This document shows positions 18,210 through 25,899 of a DNA stretch of 32,000 nucleotides, in pieces. The stretch spans positions 899,083 through 931,082 of the forward strand of contig CAJGBI010000001.1 in assembly GCA_904424815.1 (NCBI GenBank), given 5' to 3'. Source of the stretch: Puniceicoccaceae bacterium Marseille-Q1082. Lineage in GTDB: Bacteria > Verrucomicrobiota > Verrucomicrobiia > Opitutales > Intestinicryptomonadaceae. The translations under genes and the position numbers were made by a program. The notes beneath the pieces are model-generated. The model made no database searches, was not told the origin of the DNA, and worked only from the letters and a program-made list of their open reading frames with translations. Every line of letters begins with the position of its first letter. Position 1 is the stretch's first letter.

Positions 18210-20517
18210 AAAATACAGAACCGAGCGCGCGAGGAGAAAGCTCGAAGAACCCGACAGGATCTCCGGCGGACGGAAGAAATGGAAGCTTGCGGCCACCGTT
18301 GCCGCGGTGTTTGCAATGTCGTTTGCCGTGTACGCGATATGCTTCGCATACAAGGCGCCCATAGTCCCGCAGGTGTTTTCCAACAAGGTAGCCCAGGTCC
18401 ATCTCGTCTCCCCCTTTGAATTTTCCTACACGAGCGACCTCCAGACGCAGGCAAAGCGCAACCAGATAGCGGAGAGAATACCGCCGCTCTACAAGATCGA
18501 CCCCGCGTCCGTGGAACAGTCGCAAGGCGCGGTGAAGATTCTCGCGTCGATGCTCTCCGAAAACCGCGCCGAGTACGACGGCGCGCCGGAATCGGAGCGC
18601 GCCGAAATCTGCGAGGACCTGTCCGCAAGGCTCAGAAACGCCGCGCGGCTGGCCGTAAACCCCGACGACATCGAAACGTTCTTCAAAAACACCGACGACA
18701 AAAACTGCGAAAACGTTTTCAACCATGTCGCGTTCGCCCTCAAAATAATACTGCGCCAGGGGGTCTACGCCGACGGCGACAAAATTTTCTCGGGGGGAAG
18801 CGGCGGCGACATGCCGCGCGCGGACATAGAGGGGGTCTCCGCCCTTCACGACGCCAAGGCGCTAAGCGAAACCGCGGCGCGGGCGGAGCTGCTTGACAAG
18901 CTCAAAAACATGGGCGTTTCGGAAGCTATGGCGCTGGCGATATACCGCTCCGTTGTCCAGGAGGTCCGCCCCAACATCGCATTCGACGAGCAGAAGACGA
19001 AAACCCTGCGCGAAAGGGCGCGGAATACGATTCCGCCCGTAGTCGTCAAAGTCCGCGAGGGCGAAACCCTCCTCGACGCCTCGTCGACGCCCACGCCAAT
19101 AATGCAGGAAAAGCTGCGCGCGTACAAAAACGAGCTCGCCAAGCGCCGCGAGCTCGGCAAATACACAAACGCCTTCCGGTACATCGACTATATAGTTTCC
19201 TTGCTGCTCGTCTCGGCGGCGGCGCTGTTTTTCGTAATCAGCAAGACGCAAAAAAACAAGAGGCCGCGCACGGTTCTCATATTCTCCGCCCTGCTCATTT
19301 TAAACCTCGCGATGGAGAGGTTCATAATACACCTGAGCAACGCCGAGTACTTTGACACCAACACGACGTTCCTCCAGATTTTCGCCTACGGCACGCCGAT
19401 TATGCTCGGGCCCATCATACAGGTTTTGCTTTTCGGCTCTTACACGGGGTTCGTGATGGCGATTCTAATCGCGGCCCTGACCACGATGATGATAGGCGAA
19501 AGCATCGTGATATTCGTGCTGTTCCTGGCGGCGGCGCTCGTGGCAATATATTTCTGCGACGGGGCAAGCAGCCGCTCCCGCGTGATACTCGGCGGCGTCA
19601 TATACGGAATGTTTTTGGCGTTCTTCTCCTTCGTGATTAGCACCGCCAGCGGAGTGCCGATAAGCATCGCGTGGAGGCAGTCGCTGCTCGCCGTCATAGC
19701 CGGCAGCCTGACGGGCATATTCGCAACGGTGATTCTGCCGATAGTCGAAAAGATTTTCGGCAGGTACTCCAATATCGCGCTGATAGAGTACACCGACTTC
19801 AACAACCCGCTATTGCGCAGGCTGCAAATCGAGGCGCCGGGCTCATACCACCACAGCGTGATGGTCTCCTTCCTCGCCGAGCATGCGGCGGTCGCCGTTT
19901 CCGCAAACCCGATGGTCTGCCGAATCGGCGCGCTCTACCACGACATAGGCAAAATCATCAAGCCGGAATTTTTCTCCGAAAACCAGGGCGGCGGCAAAAA
20001 CCCCCACGACGACCAAAACCCTTCGATGAGCGCGCTCATCATAAAAAACCACATAAAGGAGGGCGTTGAGCTCGCGAGAATCGCAAAAATGCCCGCGCAA
20101 GTGATAGACGCCATAAAACAGCACCACGGAACCGCCATAATATCGTATTTTTACAACAAGGCGGTGAAGCTCGCCGAGGCGCAAAACGCAAACGTCTCCG
20201 ACCCCATGCAGGCGCTGCGCGACGCGGGAATCGACGAGAGCACCTACCGCCACGAGGGCGTGAAGCCGCAGACGGTCGAAAACGCCATAATAATGCTGGC
20301 AGACTCCTGCGAGGCGGCGTCGAGATCGCTCAAAAAGGTAACGCAGCACGGGATAACGGAGCTCGTAAACGCAATCGTAAAAATCAAGGTGGACGACGGC
20401 CAGCTCGACGAGTGCCCCATAACCATAAAGCAGATTTCAAAAATCAAGCAGAGCTTCGTGTTCACCATGATGAACATGCTGCACACGAGGGTCGAGTACA
20501 ACAACGCAAAGAAATAG
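18193..20517 (+). CDS. 7TM-HD domain phosphodiesterase (PgpH/YqfF family)
   Basis: N-terminal extracellular-type domain, a multi-TM core, then NNPLLRRLQIEAPGSYHHSVMVSFLAEHAA...CRIGALYHDIGKIIKPEFFSENQ...IKQHHGTAI (HD domain). Overlaps the phoH-like gene by 17 bp. Confidence 0.92.
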   Translation: MFNRIKKYRTERARRKLEEPDRISGGRKKWKLAATVAAVFAMSFAVYAICFAYKAPIVPQVFSNKVAQVHLVSPFEFSYTSDLQTQAKRNQIAERIPPLYKIDPASVEQSQGAVKILASMLSENRAEYDGAPESERAEICEDLSARLRNAARLAVNPDDIETFFKNTDDKNCENVFNHVAFALKIILRQGVYADGDKIFSGGSGGDMPRADIEGVSALHDAKALSETAARAELLDKLKNMGVSEAMALAIYRSVVQEVRPNIAFDEQKTKTLRERARNTIPPVVVKVREGETLLDASSTPTPIMQEKLRAYKNELAKRRELGKYTNAFRYIDYIVSLLLVSAAALFFVISKTQKNKRPRTVLIFSALLILNLAMERFIIHLSNAEYFDTNTTFLQIFAYGTPIMLGPIIQVLLFGSYTGFVMAILIAALTTMMIGESIVIFVLFLAAALVAIYFCDGASSRSRVILGGVIYGMFLAFFSFVISTASGVPISIAWRQSLLAVIAGSLTGIFATVILPIVEKIFGRYSNIALIEYTDFNNPLLRRLQIEAPGSYHHSVMVSFLAEHAAVAVSANPMVCRIGALYHDIGKIIKPEFFSENQGGGKNPHDDQNPSMSALIIKNHIKEGVELARIAKMPAQVIDAIKQHHGTAIISYFYNKAVKLAEAQNANVSDPMQALRDAGIDESTYRHEGVKPQTVENAIIMLADSCEAASRSLKKVTQHGITELVNAIVKIKVDDGQLDECPITIKQISKIKQSFVFTMMNMLHTRVEYNNAKK

Positions 20518-20518
20518 C

Positions 20519-21583
20519 ATGAAATATCCCCTTAAGGAAATCGTAAAACTTTTCGACAATCCGGAAGTTTCGGGCGACGACGGCGTAGAGCTCTCGGCGA
20601 TAGCCGCCATAGACCGCGCCAAGCCCTCCGACCTGACTTTTCTGGGCAACAAAAAATACGCCCACCTCGTGCCCTCAACGGGCGCCGGAGCCATTCTCCT
20701 GCCCCGCGACTACGCCGGAGAGCTCCCAAAAAATTCAACAGTAGTGAGGGTTGACAACCCGTCGGCGGAACTCGCAAAAATCGGCGCCATAATTGAAAAG
20801 GCACTGTGGCCCGAAATCAAGCCGTCGACGCACCCGACGGCGGCAATAGACCCCTCCGCGAAAATCGGCAAAAACGTGTTCATAGGCCCCAACGTCTCGG
20901 TTTGCGAGGGCGCGGAAATCGCCGACGGGGCTGTATTGCAGGGCAACAACTATGTTGGGAGGTTCGCAAGAATCGGCGAAAAGGCGTTTCTCATGCCCAA
21001 TTCGGTGGTGATGGACTATTGCGAGGTGGGCAAAAATTCGCGCCTCCAGCCCGGCGCCGTAATCGGCTCCGACGGGTACGGGTACGAATTTGTAAACGGC
21101 GTGCATGTCAAAATTCCGCAGGTCGGCAAAGTTGTTGTGGAAGACGATGTGGAAATTGGCGCCAACACCTGCATAGACAGGGCGCGCTTCGACAAAACCA
21201 TAGTCGGCGCGGGCACGAAAGTTGACAACCTCGTCCAAATAGCGCACAACGTGGAAATCGGCAAGGGGGCTCTGCTTGTATCGCAGGTGGGAATTTCCGG
21301 AAGCACAAAGATAGGCAACTACGCCGTTCTCGGCGGACAGGTCGGTGTCGCGGGGCACCTGCACATAGGCGACGGCGCGATGATAGGCGGCCAAAGCGGA
21401 GTAAACGGAGATATTCCGCCAAAATCCTACATGCGCGGCACCCCGCCCCGCCCCTACCTGAAAGCGCACAAGATAGAAATCCTAATAGGCCACCTCTCCG
21501 AGCTCTTTGACCGCGTAAAAGACTTGGAAAAGCGTCTTGGCATATCCAAAAAAACTTTCGGCTCAACCCGCGGCAGCCATTAG
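20519..21583 (+). CDS. lpxD: UDP-3-O-(3-hydroxymyristoyl)glucosamine N-acyltransferase
   Basis: Left-handed beta-helix hexapeptide repeats (IDPSAKIGKNVFIGPNVSVCEGAEIADGAVL...NSRLQPGAVIGSDGYGY...IGANTCIDRARFDKTIVG), LpxD-like. Confidence 0.94.
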   Translation: MKYPLKEIVKLFDNPEVSGDDGVELSAIAAIDRAKPSDLTFLGNKKYAHLVPSTGAGAILLPRDYAGELPKNSTVVRVDNPSAELAKIGAIIEKALWPEIKPSTHPTAAIDPSAKIGKNVFIGPNVSVCEGAEIADGAVLQGNNYVGRFARIGEKAFLMPNSVVMDYCEVGKNSRLQPGAVIGSDGYGYEFVNGVHVKIPQVGKVVVEDDVEIGANTCIDRARFDKTIVGAGTKVDNLVQIAHNVEIGKGALLVSQVGISGSTKIGNYAVLGGQVGVAGHLHIGDGAMIGGQSGVNGDIPPKSYMRGTPPRPYLKAHKIEILIGHLSELFDRVKDLEKRLGISKKTFGSTRGSH

Positions 21584-21643
21584 GGGGGGGCAAAGCGCGT
21601 TAGACGGCAACGCCGCTTCCACAAAAAAAGGCGCACAGAAATG

Positions 21644-21724
21644 GGGGCGGCGGTGCCGCTCCCATTGAAGGGGGCGGCAGTACCACTTCCATAGAAGGGG
21701 GCGGCGGTGCCGCTTCCATAGAAG
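21644..21724. repeat. 27-bp tandem repeat, three adjacent copies
   Basis: Copies at 21644-21670, 21671-21697 and 21698-21724, consensus GGGGCGGCGGTGCCGCTTCCATAGAAG. Confidence 0.85.
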
Positions 21725-22460
21725 GGGGCTGACGCCCCTTACGGGCGCAAGGTGCGCCAGCCATTGAAGGGCTGCGCCCTTACGAAGATTGGCTTCGCCA
21801 ATGCTTCTATCCCCTCCCCGTTCCCCACAAAAAACGAACCTCCCATAAGAGGTTCGTCAGCACTTCCGGAGTTCGTTCCGAAAACCAAAGGTGCCCGATT
21901 TGGCGCAATGAAAACGAAAGCTTATTTTATCCGAAGCGCAGCGAGGCTATAAAATAAGGCTTTCGGGAAGGATAAAATGCGATAGCATTTTACCCCGCAG
22001 GGGTGAGAACAGCGCGGATTGCGCGCAGCGCAACCAAGCGAGCGAATCCATTTTGGATGAAGAGCGAGGGCGGGCGGCAGGGCCGCTTCCATAGAAGGGG
22101 CTGACGTCCCTTACGAAGATTGGCTTCGCCAATGCTTCTATCCCCTTCCCGTTCCCCTCAAAAAAACGAACCTCCCACATGAGAGGTTCGTACACACTTC
22201 CGGAGTTCGTTCCGAAAAACCCCAGTTCCCCGATTTGGCGTAATGCTTTTGGATGAAGAGCGAGGGCGGGCGGCAGTGCCGCTTCCATAGAAGGGGCTGA
22301 CGCCCCTTACGAAGATTGGCTTCGCCAATGCTTCTATCCCCTCCCCGTTCCCCTCAAAAAAACGAACCTCCCACATGAGAGGTTCGTACACACTTCCGGA
22401 GTTCGTTCCGAAAAACCCCAGTTCCCCGATTTGGCGTAATGCTTTTGGATGAAGAGCGAG
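21725..22460. repeat. Structured repeat island with 196-bp tandem units and a diverged upstream copy
   Basis: AGAGCGAG recurs at 22061, 22257 and 22453 (exact 196-bp steps). TGGCTTCGCC recurs at 22121 and 22317 (196 bp) and upstream at 21790. The last two units are nearly identical; the upstream copy is diverged and carries extra sequence. Confidence 0.9.
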
Positions 22461-22462
22461 TA

Positions 22463-22524
22463 TTCGGGGAAAGCCGCCGGTGGGAGCGTACATTAGTACG
22501 TGACCAGTGGCGGCTTTCCCCGAA
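22463..22524. repeat. Long inverted repeat with 16-bp perfect arms
   Basis: TTCGGGGAAAGCCGCC (22463-22478) and GGCGGCTTTCCCCGAA (22509-22524), 30-nt loop containing CGTAC-atta-GTACG. Confidence 0.85.
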
Positions 22525-22555
22525 ACGGAGCTATTCGCCAAAATCATTCGCCAAA

Positions 22556-23458
22556 TCAGAGGTCGGAATATTCTGAGATGGATTTTACGTTTAGGGACTT
22601 GTCAATTCTGCGCACCATTCCGGCGAGCACTCCGCCGGGACCGCATTCGTAGAACTGGTCTATGCCGAGTTTTGCGGCGTTGCGAACGCAATCCTCCCAG
22701 CGGACAGTGCTTACGACCTGCTTTACAAGGTTCTTTTTGATTTCGGACGGGTCGAATACCGCGTCTCCCGTGACGTTCGTAAAGACGGGTATGCGCGGGC
22801 TCTTGAATTCGATTCCCTCGAGATATTCGGCGAACGCCTTGCGGGCGGGCTCCATGAGGCGGCTGTGGTACGCGCCGGCGACTTTAAGCGGGACGACCAT
22901 CTTGAACGCCTTGCGCTCCTTTGCAGCCTCGACGGCGGCGGCAACCTTCGCCTCTTCGCCCGATATGACGACCTGCCCCGGACAGTTGACGTTCGACATG
23001 TCCACGTCGAATTCCCTGCAATATGCGGCGACATCTTCGGGGCTTCCTCCGATAAAGCTCGCCATGGCGCCTTTTGAGGCGTCGCAGGCCTCCTGCATCA
23101 GCCTGCCGCGCTCTGCGACGATTTTGAGGCCCGTTTCAAAGCTGAACGTACCCGCGAATGCGTGGGCGGTGAGCTCGCCGAGCGAGAGGCCGAGAGCCGT
23201 GGAAGGCTCGCCGAGAATCCCCTTTTGGCGCATGGCCTCGACGGCGGCAAATCCGTGCAAAAAGAGCGCCGGCTGGCAGACGCTCGTTTTCGTCAATTCC
23301 GACGACGGCCCCTCGAAGCAATATTTGGATAGCTTCATAGAGAGGGCGTCGTCGGCTCTGTCGAAGAGCTCTCTTACCGCCCCGCAGTTTTCGTACAGCG
23401 ACTTTGCCATTCCGACGCTTTGCGCGCCCTGACCCGAGAATAGTAATCCTGTTTTCAT
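22556..23458 (-). CDS. fabD: Malonyl CoA-acyl carrier protein transacylase
   Basis: MKTGLLFSGQGAQSVGMAKSLYE, LGLSLGELTAHAFAGTFSFETGLKIVAERGRLMQEA, GAYHSRLMEPA and YECGPGGVLAGMVRR. Start at 23458; the tracked ORF extends to 23578. Confidence 0.94.
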   Translation of the reverse strand: MKTGLLFSGQGAQSVGMAKSLYENCGAVRELFDRADDALSMKLSKYCFEGPSSELTKTSVCQPALFLHGFAAVEAMRQKGILGEPSTALGLSLGELTAHAFAGTFSFETGLKIVAERGRLMQEACDASKGAMASFIGGSPEDVAAYCREFDVDMSNVNCPGQVVISGEEAKVAAAVEAAKERKAFKMVVPLKVAGAYHSRLMEPARKAFAEYLEGIEFKSPRIPVFTNVTGDAVFDPSEIKKNLVKQVVSTVRWEDCVRNAAKLGIDQFYECGPGGVLAGMVRRIDKSLNVKSISEYSDL

Positions 23459-23474
23459 ATTGTATAGTTGTGGG

Positions 23475-24071
23475 TTAAAGTCTGGAAAGTTCGGCGGATA
23501 TCTGCGCGGAAAGCCTGCCGACGAGTTCGTTGACAGCGCTTGCGTAGCCCGCGTATCCGTCTTTTGAGGAAACTTCAAAGTTGAAATTTTTTACGACGCT
23601 CTTCGCCCCCCCGGGGAGGTCTATCTGCCACTTGCCTTGGAGGCGGACTTTTCCGCCGATTTCTCCCAGACATTCGTAGACGAATATTTTTAGCGAACAA
23701 GCCTTTTCGGGATTGGGGGAAACCGCCGGATACACGAAAACCGACGCCGCTGCGGAGGACTCTATGTTGACCGCCACCGCGCGCTCGATCCCGCTGTCCG
23801 GAAGCTCCGCCCACCTGTCGAATTCGGATATTTCGAGCGCGCCTCCGGAGCCCGCCGAGACGATCTGCGCGCGCGACATATACTGAGGCAGCTGTATCGG
23901 GAGCAAATTGGCGTCTAACTTCCCCGCTGCGGCCTTTTGCATCGGAACGGGAGATATGATATGGAACACCGTCGGATCCGTCGAAGGCGCGAGGAGGTCG
24001 GAGATGCATCCCGAGAGCGAGGCGGCGAACGCGAGCGCGGAGGCCGCAAGAGCTGTTCTTAAAAGTTTCAT
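23475..24071 (-). CDS. Lipoprotein, PqiC/ABC-transport auxiliary component-like
   Basis: Signal and lipobox-like MKLLRTALAASALAFAASLSGC; last gene of the MCE-type operon before fabD. The LPIQLPQYMSRAQIV and ISEFDRWAEL segments are characteristic of PqiC/ABC_trans_aux proteins. Confidence 0.75.
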   Translation of the reverse strand: MKLLRTALAASALAFAASLSGCISDLLAPSTDPTVFHIISPVPMQKAAAGKLDANLLPIQLPQYMSRAQIVSAGSGGALEISEFDRWAELPDSGIERAVAVNIESSAAASVFVYPAVSPNPEKACSLKIFVYECLGEIGGKVRLQGKWQIDLPGGAKSVVKNFNFEVSSKDGYAGYASAVNELVGRLSAQISAELSRL

Positions 24072-24092
24072 GGCGTGTTTTCCCTAATTGTT

Positions 24093-25094
24093 TTATTTGC
24101 GTTTGGAGTTGTCCTTGCCCCTAAGCAGCGAGTTCGGGTTGCGCTGGAGATAGTCAGTAAAATTGGAGATATAGCTCATAGACTCGTTCATGGTCTTTAA
24201 GAGGACGGCGATCTGATATCTGAACGGCGACTGCGGCGCGACGACGGAGTTGACGTTGCGCAAAACCTCGTCGAGGCGCGCCATAATGGATGTTCCGGAG
24301 GCGGAAAACTTTTTGAGTTCCGCGCGGGCGTCGTTCACAAGGGCGTCGGAATCCGAAAGAAGCGCGTCGAGCTTCTTTATCGACTCCGCCACATCCTTGT
24401 TGCGCGCGAGCTCGTCCACGCCCTTTAATGCGGAGACCGCGCTGTCGCTTATCGCCTTGGCGTCGATGCCGTCGAGTTTTTCGTTGACCTTCACGATTGC
24501 CGAGTGGACGTTTTGCCCGATGGCGGCAAAGTCTATCTTTGCGACGTCCGCCATCGTCTTTTCAAACCCTTTGGCGAGCTCGGAAAGCCCCGACTTCGCG
24601 GCGGGAATTTCCTTGAAGCGCGTGCCGCCGTATTTGAGGTCGTACTTTTCCCCCTTGTCCGCGATGAAATCGAGCTCTATGTAGAGCATTCCGGTGACAA
24701 TGCTCTGGTAGTTGAGCTTGGCGCGCAGGCCCTCGGCGATCTGCTCGTCCATCCAGTCGCTGTAATCCTTGAAGTCGGTGCCGGTCTTGCGCCTGAGCTG
24801 GTCGATGTCTATGGAGTACACCACCGACACCGAGCTCTCCTTGATATTCTTGGAGGAGCTTATGAATATGCCCTCCACCTTGCCGATTTTCACGCCCTTG
24901 TATTTCAGTGGGGCGCCGACGTCGAGGCCGTTGACGCTCTCAGAAAAGAACGATATGAAGTTCTCCGTCCTCGAGAAAAACTTGGCCGCGCCGAAAACCA
25001 TTACTGCCGCGACCGCGATGATGGAGGCGGCCATCACGAACATTCCGATCGCCGCCGGGCTGATTTTATTTTTCATAAGCGTCCTTATTTTCAA
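24093..25094 (-). CDS. MlaD/MCE-domain protein (lipid transport substrate-binding component)
   Basis: FISFFSESVNGLDVGAPLKYKGVKIGKVEGIFI...MLYIELDF with one N-terminal TM helix, MCE/MlaD-like. The start may be 25094 or 25076. Confidence 0.87.
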   Translation of the reverse strand: MKIRTLMKNKISPAAIGMFVMAASIIAVAAVMVFGAAKFFSRTENFISFFSESVNGLDVGAPLKYKGVKIGKVEGIFISSSKNIKESSVSVVYSIDIDQLRRKTGTDFKDYSDWMDEQIAEGLRAKLNYQSIVTGMLYIELDFIADKGEKYDLKYGGTRFKEIPAAKSGLSELAKGFEKTMADVAKIDFAAIGQNVHSAIVKVNEKLDGIDAKAISDSAVSALKGVDELARNKDVAESIKKLDALLSDSDALVNDARAELKKFSASGTSIMARLDEVLRNVNSVVAPQSPFRYQIAVLLKTMNESMSYISNFTDYLQRNPNSLLRGKDNSKRK

Positions 25095-25899
25095 GCGGGT
25101 CGACGCCGCGGTTGAGGAACACGCGCACGTCTTTGGGGCCGCGTTCGAGAAGTTCGCGCGGGGAGCCTATCGCCCCCTGCGTCTTGGATTTCGCGTCGAG
25201 AAACACCGCGCGGTCGGCTATCGCGAAAATGCTCGCAAGCTCGTGCGAGACCACGACGACCGTCGCGCCGAGAGAGTCGCGCATTTGAAGTATCAGCCGG
25301 TCGAGTCGGTGCGAGGACACCGGGTCGAGCCCCGCGCTCGGCTCGTCGAAAAACAGCACGAGCGGGTCGAGGGCGATGGCGCGCGCGAGCCCCGCGCGCT
25401 TGGCCATGCCGCCGCTGATTTCCGACGGATAAAAGCCGCCGAAGCCGTTGAGCCCGACGAGCGCGAGCTTCAAATCCGCTATTTCAGCGGCCGCCCGCTC
25501 GGAGATTCCGGAAAATTCAGTCAGCGGAAGGGCGATGTTTTCGGAGAGCGTCATGCTGCTCCAAAGAGCGCCGCCCTGGTAGAGAATGCCGAACTCGCGC
25601 AGAATTTCGAGCCTTCGCTCCTCTGTCGCGCCGGAAAAGTCCTCGCCGCGGTAGAGAATCCTGCCCGCCGCCGGCTTGGCGAGCCCTATCATATGGCGCA
25701 AAAGGGTGCTCTTGCCGCAGCCGCTGCCGCCTATTATGAAAAATATCTCGCCGCGCTTTACGGAAAAGTCGAGGTCGCGCATTACGACGTAGTCGCCGTA
25801 CGCCATCGTCAAAGACTCTATCTTGAACACGTCGCTGCCGCCGTCGGGCGCGGGAGGGGTTCCGGCGTTTTTGGGAATGGCTGTTTCGCTGCGGCTCAT
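25066..25899 (-). CDS. MlaF-like ABC transporter ATP-binding protein
   Basis: The translated C-terminal part begins MSRSETAIPKN...; IIGGSGCGKSTLLRHMIGL, GILYQGGALWSSMTLSENIALPL and EISGGMAKRAGLARAIALDPLVLFFDEPSAGLDP. True start at 25899. Confidence 0.92.
   Translation of the reverse strand: MSRSETAIPKNAGTPPAPDGGSDVFKIESLTMAYGDYVVMRDLDFSVKRGEIFFIIGGSGCGKSTLLRHMIGLAKPAAGRILYRGEDFSGATEERRLEILREFGILYQGGALWSSMTLSENIALPLTEFSGISERAAAEIADLKLALVGLNGFGGFYPSEISGGMAKRAGLARAIALDPLVLFFDEPSAGLDPVSSHRLDRLILQMRDSLGATVVVVSHELASIFAIADRAVFLDAKSKTQGAIGSPRELLERGPKDVRVFLNRGVDPLENKDAYEK

Noticed and set aside
16737-18386. 549-aa minus-strand ORF
   Set aside because: It is antisense to the HIT hydrolase and phoH-like genes, both strongly supported. 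It is a shadow ORF of high-GC codon usage with no family match.
21752-21952. Short plus-strand ORF inside the repeat island (MRQPLKGCALTKIGFANASIPSPFPTKNEPP...)
   Set aside because: It lies entirely within hairpin/repeat modules and has no recognisable domain.
21725-22530. CRISPR array hypothesis for the repeat region
   Set aside because: There are no short (~28-37 bp) direct repeats with unique spacers. Units are 196 bp and nearly identical throughout, and no cas genes are nearby.
21947-22547. Minus-strand ORFs 21947..22288 and 22158..22547 sharing the repeated peptide ALHPKALRQIGELGFFGTNSGSVYEPLMWEVRFFEGNG(K/E)GIEALAKPIFVR
   Set aside because: The peptide similarity simply follows from the 196-bp tandem DNA repeat. 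Because 196 is not a multiple of 3, each copy is read in a different frame, and the sequence is dominated by hairpins. This looks like non-coding repeat DNA, not a protein family.
22556-23458. FabD active-site variation: GLSLGE instead of the common GHSLGE
   Set aside because: The Leu variant occurs in FabD proteins of several phyla to my knowledge and the rest of the protein is canonical, so it is not reported as a novelty.
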